Positions 1 through 6,269 of a stretch of 24,000 nt of DNA are shown piece by piece. How positions within the stretch are numbered: position 1 is the first letter of the stretch; each line of letters starts with the position of its first letter. The stretch comes from Patescibacteria group bacterium (lineage in GTDB: Bacteria > Patescibacteriota > UBA1384 > CAILIB01). The translations under genes and the position numbers were made by a program. The DNA lies in contig JALHQF010000006.1 of the NCBI GenBank assembly GCA_022842085.1, positions 1-24,000 on the forward strand, given 5' to 3'. The notes under the pieces are model-generated. The model did not search any database. It was given only the letters and a program-made list of their open reading frames with translations, and was not told where the DNA came from.

Positions 1-486
1 GATGGCCGCAAGATCACGGATGCGGATTTCATCGTCGAAACCAGCGAGCACTGATACGTCGATGGTAATCTCATGTGGCAGCTGCTCTGGCAGTGCCTCA
101 ACCGTAATGTGATCCAGGACGTGGATGAGGTTCCCGCCCTCAACATCAACAACTGGTGCAACGCCGGTGATAACCACAGGGACATCTACCTCTACGGCTT
201 CTTTGAGGTTTACGGCGAAGAAATCCACGTGGATTGGTTGGCGACGAACGCTGTCAAGTGACACCTCGTGCACAAGCACCTTGGTGCTCTTGCCGTCATG
301 CTTCAAGGTGATAAGCGTAGTTTCACCCGCGCTCATGTAGAGCTTGGTGAACTCCTTGGTGTCGAGGGAGAGGTGAAGGTTCTCCTTTACGTTTCCGTAT
401 ACGACAGCAGGAACGAGACCCTGACGACGTAGCGCGTTGCTCTTTCCAGGGGTACGAAGAGAAGTGGTGAGGGTTGGGCTGGTCAT
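1..486 (-). CDS. rplY: 50S ribosomal protein L25/Ctc (N-terminal 162 codons; gene runs off the left edge)
   Basis: My translation of the minus strand from the ATG at 486-484 reads MTSPTLTTSLRTPGKSNALRRQGLVPAVVYGNVKENLHLSLDTKEF...RRQPIHVDFFAVNLKEAVEVDVPVVITG...ITIDVSVLAGFDDEIRIRDL. It stays open to position 1. The RRxGxxPAVxYG and HVDF blocks are typical of L25/Ctc. It is absent from the ORF track because it is edge-truncated. Confidence 0.85.
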   Translation of the reverse strand, partial: MTSPTLTTSLRTPGKSNALRRQGLVPAVVYGNVKENLHLSLDTKEFTKLYMSAGETTLITLKHDGKSTKVLVHEVSLDSVRRQPIHVDFFAVNLKEAVEVDVPVVITGVAPVVDVEGGNLIHVLDHITVEALPEQLPHEITIDVSVLAGFDDEIRIRDLAAI

Positions 487-722
487 GAATCGGTACTTCG
501 AGGGGCTTTGCGCCGAGGCTTTAGGGCTGCTTTCAGGTTGCCGTTCCAGTGCTTGAGCTCCTTGTGGAACTCTAGTACATCGTCAGCGGTGAGAGGGCTG
601 CTTTGCGCCGTGGTGCGGTCTGGCCGGTTGACGTGTACGAGGACAGATACGCTGAGTGGGATGGTCCCTTGCTCTGGTGGGAGTTGGAAGTGGTGAAACT
701 CTCCTGGCGTCTGATCTGACAT
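483..722 (-). CDS. hypothetical 79-aa protein, translationally coupled to rplY
   Basis: The ORF is in the track. Its TGA stop (485-483) overlaps the rplY ATG (486-484) as ATGA. Hand-counted GC3 is about 62% and the composition is unremarkable. I recognise no family. Confidence 0.5.
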   Translation of the reverse strand: MSDQTPGEFHHFQLPPEQGTIPLSVSVLVHVNRPDRTTAQSSPLTADDVLEFHKELKHWNGNLKAALKPRRKAPRSTDS

Positions 723-784
723 GGTGCACGTGCTACGGATAGCTAGAGCGAAGAGTAGCCGATTTCCAGGTGTAGCGCAACAGG

Positions 785-2794
785 TTAACGCTTGGTAAGC
801 TCACGTACGAGATCCCGAAGCTCGGCGGCTCGCTCGAACTCGAGGTTCTCAGCTGCCTGGCGCATTTGCTCGCGTAGGAGCTCGAGCTTCTCTGCCCGGT
901 CTACAGCAGAGAGCGACTTGAAGCTCTCTCGGTTGAGGGCTGCCTCTTCTTCTGCCGCAGTTGGGAGCGTGGTGCGGATTGCTTTAACGATGTACTGCGG
1001 TGTGATGCCGTGCTTGAGGTTGTACTCCTGCTGGATCTCGCGACGACGATTGGTTTCATCTATCGCTCGTTGCATGGAGTCGGTGGTGCGGTCTGCGTAC
1101 ATGATTACTCGCCCTTCGGGGTGACGAGCCGCGCGGCCAATGGTTTGCACGAGTGCGGTTGTAGAGCGCAGGAATCCCTCTTTGTCGGCGTCGAGTATCG
1201 CAACTAGGGACACCTCTGGGAGGTCGAGGCCCTCGCGCAAGAGGTTAATCCCTACGAGCACATCGTAGGTACCAAGGCGGAGGTCTTGCAGGATTTTGCT
1301 GCGCTCGATGGTCTCGACGTCGCTATGGAGGTACTGCACCTTAACTCCCTTTCCAAGGAGGTACTCAGTCACGTCTTCGGCCATCCGCTTGGTAAGCGTG
1401 GTAACAAGCGTGCGCTCACCTTTGGCAACACGGTTGAGGATTTCCATCTCAAGATCGCTGATTTGACCAGCAACGGGGCGGAGCTCAACCACGGGGTCGG
1501 GGATACCGGTAGGGCGAATGAGTTGCTCCGAAACGGTACGTACATGCGTACCTGCCAGCCGCAGCTTGCGGGAAGCTTCCTCGGCGAGCCCTAGCTCGTA
1601 GGCAGCTGGTGTTGCTGACACGTAGATGGTTTGACCCTGGCGGGCGCGGAACTCATCAAAGCGGAGTGGGCGATTGTCACGAGCCGCCTGGAGACGGAAG
1701 CCGTAGTCAATCAGGGTGCCCTTACGGGCGGCATCGCCATTGGCCATTCCGCCAATCTGTGGGATAGACATGTGGCTTTCGTCTACTACCATGAGGTAGT
1801 CCTTGGGGAAGTAGTCGAGCAGTACGCTGGCGGCGGTGCCGGCTGGACGACGGTCAAAGTAGCGTGAGTAGTTTTCGATCCCGTTCACCGAACCGGTTTC
1901 AGCGATCATCTCAAGGTCGTAGTTGGTGCGCTCGCGCAAGCGGTAGGCTTCGAGTTTCTTACCGGCAAGCTCGAGTGCCGCTACCTCTTTTTCAAGATCA
2001 GCGCGAATTTCTTCTAGGATACGCTTACGATCAGCTTCGTCGGTGAGGTAGTGCTTCGCTGGGAAAATCGTGACCTCACTCGGCTGCTGCACAACGGTTT
2101 GGTTGATGGGGTCGAGGAGGTCGATGCGCTCTACCTCATCGCCAAAGAACGTAAGGCGAATGTGCTGGTCTTCGTATGCAGGGAAAATGGTGAGCGTATC
2201 GCCCTGCACGCGAAAGCGACCCCGGCGGAGGTCGACATCGTTGCGCTCGAACACCATATCGGTGAGGCGGCGGGTGACGTAGGAGAGGTTGTAGCGCTCA
2301 CCAGTTTTAATGGGGAAGGAGCCAGCCTTGTAGAGATCCGGCGAACCCAGGCCATAGATGCACGAGACGCTGGCAACGATAATAACATCCCGCCTTGTAA
2401 GAAGGGCATGTGTGGAAGCGTGGCGAAACTTCTCGATTTCCTGGTTGATGTCCGACTCTTTGGCAATGTACGTGTCGCTGCGTGGAATGTAGGCCTCAGG
2501 CTGGTAGTAGTCGTAGTAGGAGACGAAGTACTGCACTGAGTTGTTGGGGAAAAACTCCCGAAACTCTGCAAACAGCTGAGCCGCAAGCGTTTTATTGTGC
2601 GCAAGGACGAGCGTGGGCTTCTGAACCTGCTGGATAACGTTCGCAATGCTGTAGGTTTTACCGGAACCCGTCACCCCTAGGAGTACCTGATCTTGGGCGC
2701 CTGCTTGGATGCCTGCCACCATGCTCGCAATTGCTGCTGGCTGGTCTCCGGTCGGTTGAAACGGCGCCTCAAGCGTAAACGGCTGGTTCGTCAT
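785..2794 (-). CDS. uvrB: excinuclease ABC subunit B
   Basis: 669-aa ORF with Walker A GVTGSGKT, helicase motifs and a C-terminal UVR domain (AAELRDLVRELTK). Unmistakable UvrB. Confidence 0.97.
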   Translation of the reverse strand: MTNQPFTLEAPFQPTGDQPAAIASMVAGIQAGAQDQVLLGVTGSGKTYSIANVIQQVQKPTLVLAHNKTLAAQLFAEFREFFPNNSVQYFVSYYDYYQPEAYIPRSDTYIAKESDINQEIEKFRHASTHALLTRRDVIIVASVSCIYGLGSPDLYKAGSFPIKTGERYNLSYVTRRLTDMVFERNDVDLRRGRFRVQGDTLTIFPAYEDQHIRLTFFGDEVERIDLLDPINQTVVQQPSEVTIFPAKHYLTDEADRKRILEEIRADLEKEVAALELAGKKLEAYRLRERTNYDLEMIAETGSVNGIENYSRYFDRRPAGTAASVLLDYFPKDYLMVVDESHMSIPQIGGMANGDAARKGTLIDYGFRLQAARDNRPLRFDEFRARQGQTIYVSATPAAYELGLAEEASRKLRLAGTHVRTVSEQLIRPTGIPDPVVELRPVAGQISDLEMEILNRVAKGERTLVTTLTKRMAEDVTEYLLGKGVKVQYLHSDVETIERSKILQDLRLGTYDVLVGINLLREGLDLPEVSLVAILDADKEGFLRSTTALVQTIGRAARHPEGRVIMYADRTTDSMQRAIDETNRRREIQQEYNLKHGITPQYIVKAIRTTLPTAAEEEAALNRESFKSLSAVDRAEKLELLREQMRQAAENLEFERAAELRDLVRELTKR

Positions 2795-2819
2795 TCATCT
2801 ACTGTAGCAGACCGAACAA

Positions 2820-2845
2820 GAAACGAACAGATGCCTGTTCGTTTC
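2820..2845 (-). terminator. perfect 11-bp stem / 4-nt loop hairpin with a U-rich 3' flank on the minus strand
   Basis: GAAACGAACAG-atgc-CTGTTCGTTTC. On the minus strand the stem is followed by TTGTTCGG. It lies 18 nt after the stop of the 49-aa ORF and 26 nt upstream of the uvrB ATG. Confidence 0.5.
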
Positions 2846-2863
2846 TGCACCGTCAACGTGGTG

Positions 2864-3013
2864 CTAGGGCGTGGTCTGCAAGAGCGAGTCTGCGACCGTC
2901 GAGAGGTATCCCAGCACATCTACGGCCAGAAACGTCGTAACGGTTTGCGTAACATCTGCAAGAGCTTGCAGGCCACTTTGAAAGAGCTCTACCCCTTGTT
3001 CTATCAGCTGCAT
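2864..3013 (-). CDS. possible small ORF (49 aa)
   Basis: Hand translation gives MQLIEQGVELFQSGLQALADVTQTVTTFLAVDVLGYLSTVADSLLQTTP. The ATG lies 9 nt after the stop of the 68-aa ORF. It is below the ORF-track size cut-off. GC3 is only about 59%, so coding status is uncertain. Confidence 0.25.
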   Translation of the reverse strand: MQLIEQGVELFQSGLQALADVTQTVTTFLAVDVLGYLSTVADSLLQTTP

Positions 3014-3022
3014 GTGCGGATA

Positions 3023-3229
3023 TTAGTCGAAAAGCTCACCAAGGAGACGCTTTGCTGGAGACTTTTTGTGGTGGTGTCCTGGATGGTGCCCCGGGTGGTG
3101 GTGCTGATGCTGGTGGGGTGGATGCCAGCCAGGCTGGGACTGGCTAGCAGCTACCTGACTTGTGAGAAGAGCAACTTGGCTTTGGAGCAGGCGAACCTGT
3201 TCTTCGAGGAAAGCGAGACGTGCTTCCAT
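3023..3229 (-). CDS. possible small coiled-coil / histidine-rich protein (68 aa)
   Basis: The track ORF is MEARLAFLEEQVRLLQSQVALLTSQVAASQSQPGWHPPHQHQHHHPGHHPGHHHKKSPAKRLLGELFD. The N-half has heptad-like Leu/Val/Gln spacing, and there are 11 His within HPPHQHQHHHPGHHPGHHH. A promoter lies upstream and a terminator downstream on the same strand. Against it, GC3 is about 53% (atypical) and an in-register antisense ORF exists. Confidence 0.4.
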   Translation of the reverse strand: MEARLAFLEEQVRLLQSQVALLTSQVAASQSQPGWHPPHQHQHHHPGHHPGHHHKKSPAKRLLGELFD

Positions 3230-3329
3230 GGAACGGTGTGATTAGTGGTAGGGTGCAGGAAAACGACTACCAACGTGGAGGATCAAGGAACCAGGCTACG
3301 ATAGCGTGCTTGATTTCGTTCACATTTTC

Positions 3330-3358
3330 ACTGTACGAATGAAAGTGTCTAATGTCAA
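3330..3358 (-). promoter_or_regulatory. sigma70-type promoter candidate TTGACA-N17-TACAGT
   Basis: On the minus strand there is a consensus -35 TTGACA (3358-3353), an exactly 17-nt spacer, and a -10 TACAGT (3335-3330). It starts immediately after the trmD stop, in an AT-richer patch. Confidence 0.4.
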
Positions 3359-4027
3359 CTACTGGCGATTGTCTCGTCTCCACGTGGCTATAGCAGCGTG
3401 GTTTCCGGACATAAGCACATCCGGAACACCCTCGCCGCGAAATTCTGCCGGACGTGTGTACTGAGGATACTCCAAGAGCGTAGCATCGTCGGTAAAAGCG
3501 TAGCTCTCCTCTTGAGCTGAAGCTCCATGTCCCAGTACGCCGGGTACCAGCCGAGAAACCGCATCTACTACGGTAAGCGCAGGTAGCTCGCCCCCGGTGA
3601 GCACGAAGGTGCCCACAGAGAGCGTTTCATCGACGTAACGAAAGAAGCGAGCGTCGAAGCCCTCGTAGTGACCGCAAACTAGGGTGATCTGGTCAAAATG
3701 AGTGGCATAGTGCGCAGCTACGGCCTGGGAGAAGACCTGTTTGCTTGGGCTGAGTGCAATCGTGCGCCTCCGCGCACCTGCGTGGTCTCTTTCAAGCGTT
3801 GCTTTCAGCTTCTCAAGGGCTGCGACGAGGACGTCTACACGAAGCAGCATGCCGGGCCCGCCGCCATAGGGGGTATCGTCTACGGTGCGGTGCGTGTCAG
3901 TCGCTACGGCGCGAATGTCATGGGCGTGCACCTCGATGCTTCCGGCCCGCTGGGCTCGACCAAGGATCGAGCTTGCGGCTACCTCCCGAACGACGTCGGG
4001 AAAGAGGGTGAGAATATCAAAACGCAT
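3359..4027 (-). CDS. trmD: tRNA (guanine37-N1)-methyltransferase
   Basis: 222-aa ORF reading MRFDILTLFPD...PYGGGPGMLL...VCGHYEGFD...LTGGELPAL. The motifs are typical of TrmD, and it sits in the conserved rpsP-KH-trmD context. Confidence 0.95.
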   Translation of the reverse strand: MRFDILTLFPDVVREVAASSILGRAQRAGSIEVHAHDIRAVATDTHRTVDDTPYGGGPGMLLRVDVLVAALEKLKATLERDHAGARRRTIALSPSKQVFSQAVAAHYATHFDQITLVCGHYEGFDARFFRYVDETLSVGTFVLTGGELPALTVVDAVSRLVPGVLGHGASAQEESYAFTDDATLLEYPQYTRPAEFRGEGVPDVLMSGNHAAIATWRRDNRQ

Positions 4028-4031
4028 CTAG

Positions 4032-4370
4032 CTATACGTCGTCCCGTGAGAGAACGCCCGGACGGTCTGCGTCACTGTCACGGCGGTACGGGGTGGTAAA
4101 CCCACGACCACCTTCGGGCTCAATGATCTTGAGATTCACGCGGGCATCGTGCTTGGCGCCTACGGCACGTAGAAGCGTGCGGAGTGCCTTAGCGGTGCGA
4201 CCTTCGCGGCCAATGAGGGTGGGCATATCTTCGGCGGCCACCTCAAGCTCAATAAGCGTACCAAGCTCATCTTCGCTGCGTGCAGCGGAAACAGCGTCGG
4301 GCTGTTGGACGAACGCGCGAACCGTGTCGAGAACAAACTGCTCTTCTGGAGTGATCGTGACCGTATCCAT
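4032..4370 (-). CDS. KH-domain RNA-binding protein (YlqC/UPF0109-like) with C-terminal extension
   Basis: 112-aa ORF. LIGREGRTAKALRTLLRAVG contains the GxxG KH motif. It lies between rpsP and trmD, the conserved position of this family. Confidence 0.85.
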   Translation of the reverse strand: MDTVTITPEEQFVLDTVRAFVQQPDAVSAARSEDELGTLIELEVAAEDMPTLIGREGRTAKALRTLLRAVGAKHDARVNLKIIEPEGGRGFTTPYRRDSDADRPGVLSRDDV

Positions 4371-4408
4371 GGGGGTAGGTTACCTACGTAGTTTTACGGT
4401 ACACGAAA

Positions 4409-4428
4409 CCCTCGCGGCTTAGCGAGGG
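4409..4428 (-). terminator. hairpin between rpsP and the KH gene (attenuator or processing-site candidate)
   Basis: CCCTCGC-ggctta-GCGAGGG. On the minus strand the stem is followed by TTTCGTG. It is intra-operonic, so probably only partially terminating, if at all. Confidence 0.35.
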
Positions 4429-4446
4429 CTGTGTGGATCTGACTCC

Positions 4447-4911
4447 CTACGCCTCCTTTGCAGGGAGTTCTTCTGTGACCTGTTCGGCGGCTTCCTCTGC
4501 TACCACCTCGGCTTCCGCTGCGGCGGCCACCTCTTCTGAGGCCACTTCGACAACGGTTTCCTCGGCTGGTGCCTCTTCAGGTGCAACCTCTTCGGTTGGC
4601 TCTTCGGCGATCGGTGCTTCCTCAACTACCTCAGGTACTACTGGGGTAAAGAAGTTGTGCACCTTCTTGTCTTCGCCAAGTACGCCAGCTCGCACGAGCA
4701 GGTTGGTAACAGTGTCAGAAGCCTGTGCGCCGCGGGAGAGCCAGAGCTTGGCTTTTTCTGCGTCGATAACGAGCTCCTTGGTGGTTGCTGGGTGGTAGTG
4801 ACCAATTTGGTCTACAGCCTTGCCAGTAAGCTTACTGCGCTTCTCTTGTACAACAATACGGTAGTGCGGTTCGTGGGCTTTCCCTGTACGGGTAAGACGG
4901 AGTACGAGCAT
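4447..4911 (-). CDS. rpsP: 30S ribosomal protein S16 with long acidic C-terminal tail
   Basis: MLVLRLTRTGKAHEPHYRIVVQEKRSKLTGKAVDQIGHYHP is a classic S16 N-terminus. Residues about 91-154 form a Glu/Ala/Val/Pro low-complexity tail. Confidence 0.95.
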   Translation of the reverse strand: MLVLRLTRTGKAHEPHYRIVVQEKRSKLTGKAVDQIGHYHPATTKELVIDAEKAKLWLSRGAQASDTVTNLLVRAGVLGEDKKVHNFFTPVVPEVVEEAPIAEEPTEEVAPEEAPAEETVVEVASEEVAAAAEAEVVAEEAAEQVTEELPAKEA

Positions 4912-4995
4912 TCGGGGAACGTGAGTAAATCGTGAGGTCGAGAGGATTTCGTGAGCCTTTGGAAGGTACCAGATTGCACACCTGGTGTACAGGGG

Positions 4996-5778
4996 CTAGG
5001 AGAGCTGAGCGAGAACGGTTGCGGGGGCAAGCCGTTTTCCGGCGCAGTACGCTTGGAACGTCATACGCTTGCCGTTTTCCGGTTGAACCTCTGATGGCCA
5101 GAAGCGTCCATCAATTACCTGAGCGCTGTGGATAATGAGGCGCTTTCCCTCGTGCTCTACGAATGCTGTTGGCCAACCGGTGTAGGCACGCACCTTGCGC
5201 TCATTTACCTCAGGATCGTCGCTCAAGTTGAGCCGACCATCCTCTTTCTTTACGAACCTGGTGAAGGTCGCCTCCTCGTGTGCTTGCGACAGGTACTCGT
5301 CTTCTCCTTCAAGGTACCCCTCAATTACGTCGAGAAAGAGCTCTACACCTCGCCTTGTGAGCACTTCGTAGAGGTCGTTTGGGCGTGCCTGCTCAGGAAC
5401 CGTGATTTTCTCTTGGGCAAGAATTGGGCCATGGTCCATCTGCTCGTCGATCTCAATAATGCTAACGCCGGTTACTGGGTCGCCATCGAGAATGGTTTGC
5501 ACCACCGGCGCTGGGCCGCGGTGGAGTGGGAGGAGCGATGGGTGGAGATTCAGTACCTGTCCGGCTACGGCATCGAGTACGGGTCGCTTGAGGATTGCTC
5601 CATACCCAACCACAAAGAGAAACGCGGCATTGTGCACCTCAATCTGTTCAATGAGCTTCTCACTGGAGAGCTTGGTGTCGATAACGGCCGTTGGTTCTGC
5701 GCGCAGTAGTCGTAGGTGCTTCTCGGCAAGTGGACCAATCGGCGCACCTGAAAGGAGGAGGTAAGGGGGGAGGTTCAT
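4996..5778 (-). CDS. fmt: methionyl-tRNA formyltransferase (short form, 260 aa)
   Basis: LNLHPSLLPLHRGPAPV and MDHGPIL match the Fmt catalytic N/H/D region. A C-terminal beta-barrel-like domain is present. The start overlaps the def stop by 4 nt. Confidence 0.88.
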   Translation of the reverse strand: MNLPPYLLLSGAPIGPLAEKHLRLLRAEPTAVIDTKLSSEKLIEQIEVHNAAFLFVVGYGAILKRPVLDAVAGQVLNLHPSLLPLHRGPAPVVQTILDGDPVTGVSIIEIDEQMDHGPILAQEKITVPEQARPNDLYEVLTRRGVELFLDVIEGYLEGEDEYLSQAHEEATFTRFVKKEDGRLNLSDDPEVNERKVRAYTGWPTAFVEHEGKRLIIHSAQVIDGRFWPSEVQPENGKRMTFQAYCAGKRLAPATVLAQLS

Positions 5779-6266
5779 ACGGTTGGGTAGGCGCTATGCT
5801 TACCCTGTCGACGTTCAGCTTCGGGGATGTAGTCGGTAAACAGGATGCCGTTCAGGTGGTCGATTTCGTGTTGGAGTACCCGAGCGAAGAGGCCATCAAC
5901 TGCGAGTTCTCGCTGGCGCCCCTCAGTGTCTTGGTAGCGCACGCGAATAGCCTCAGGACGTTTTACGTCGCCAAACACTCCTGGTAGCGAGAGGCAGGCT
6001 TCTTCGCCAAGGGACTTTTCGCGACTGCGCCAGAGGATTTCAGGGTTTGCTACAAAAAGGAACGGAATCCCTGCGTCTTCGTAGCCGACGAAGAGTGCGC
6101 GGGTTGAAATGCCGATTTGGGGGGCAGCCAGGCCGATGCCGTAGGCGCCACGCATCGTGTCTTCAAGGTTGGCGGCAAGCGGCTTAAGCGCACTGCCAAA
6201 CTCTTGCACCGGCGAGGCTTGCTCACGGAGCACAGGTTGCTGCCAGGTAAAAACTGGAAGAATCAT
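5775..6266 (-). CDS. def: peptide deformylase
   Basis: All three PDF motifs are present: GIGLAAPQIG, EACLSLPG and HEIDHLNG. Confidence 0.95.
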   Translation of the reverse strand: MILPVFTWQQPVLREQASPVQEFGSALKPLAANLEDTMRGAYGIGLAAPQIGISTRALFVGYEDAGIPFLFVANPEILWRSREKSLGEEACLSLPGVFGDVKRPEAIRVRYQDTEGRQRELAVDGLFARVLQHEIDHLNGILFTDYIPEAERRQGKHSAYPTV

Positions 6267-6269
6267 TCC

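Noticed and set aside
792-2646. Multiple ORFs of 60-171 aa on both strands within uvrB (for example 2051-2539 plus strand, 2131-2646 minus strand).
   Set aside because: They overlap the confident uvrB frame. The compositions (runs of Ser/Thr/Arg/Pro) are typical of off-frame or antisense shadows.
2824-2841. A canonical Gram-positive Cheo/LexA box upstream of uvrB.
   Set aside because: The half-sites CGAAC and GTTCG are present but separated by 8 nt instead of 4, so it is not a canonical box. I kept it only as a low-confidence finding.
2693-3241. A plus-strand 182-aa ORF (136 aa from the ATG at 2831) as the real gene of the trmD-uvrB spacer.
   Set aside because: I could not fully exclude it, since its GC3 is better than that of the minus-strand small ORFs. 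I do not favour it for four reasons. The product has 6 Cys, 3 Trp and many Arg. Its ATG lies inside the 11-bp hairpin. There is no plus-strand terminator. The promoter and terminator signals are on the minus strand. See the finding at 2795-3358.
2795-3358. The possibility that the spacer encodes tmRNA, SRP RNA or 6S RNA.
   Set aside because: There is no tRNA-like acceptor and T-arm (GGTTCGAATCC-type) and no tag-peptide ORF ending in ..LAA, which argues against tmRNA. There is no SRP domain-IV GGAA/AGCA loop pattern. I saw nothing diagnostic of 6S RNA.
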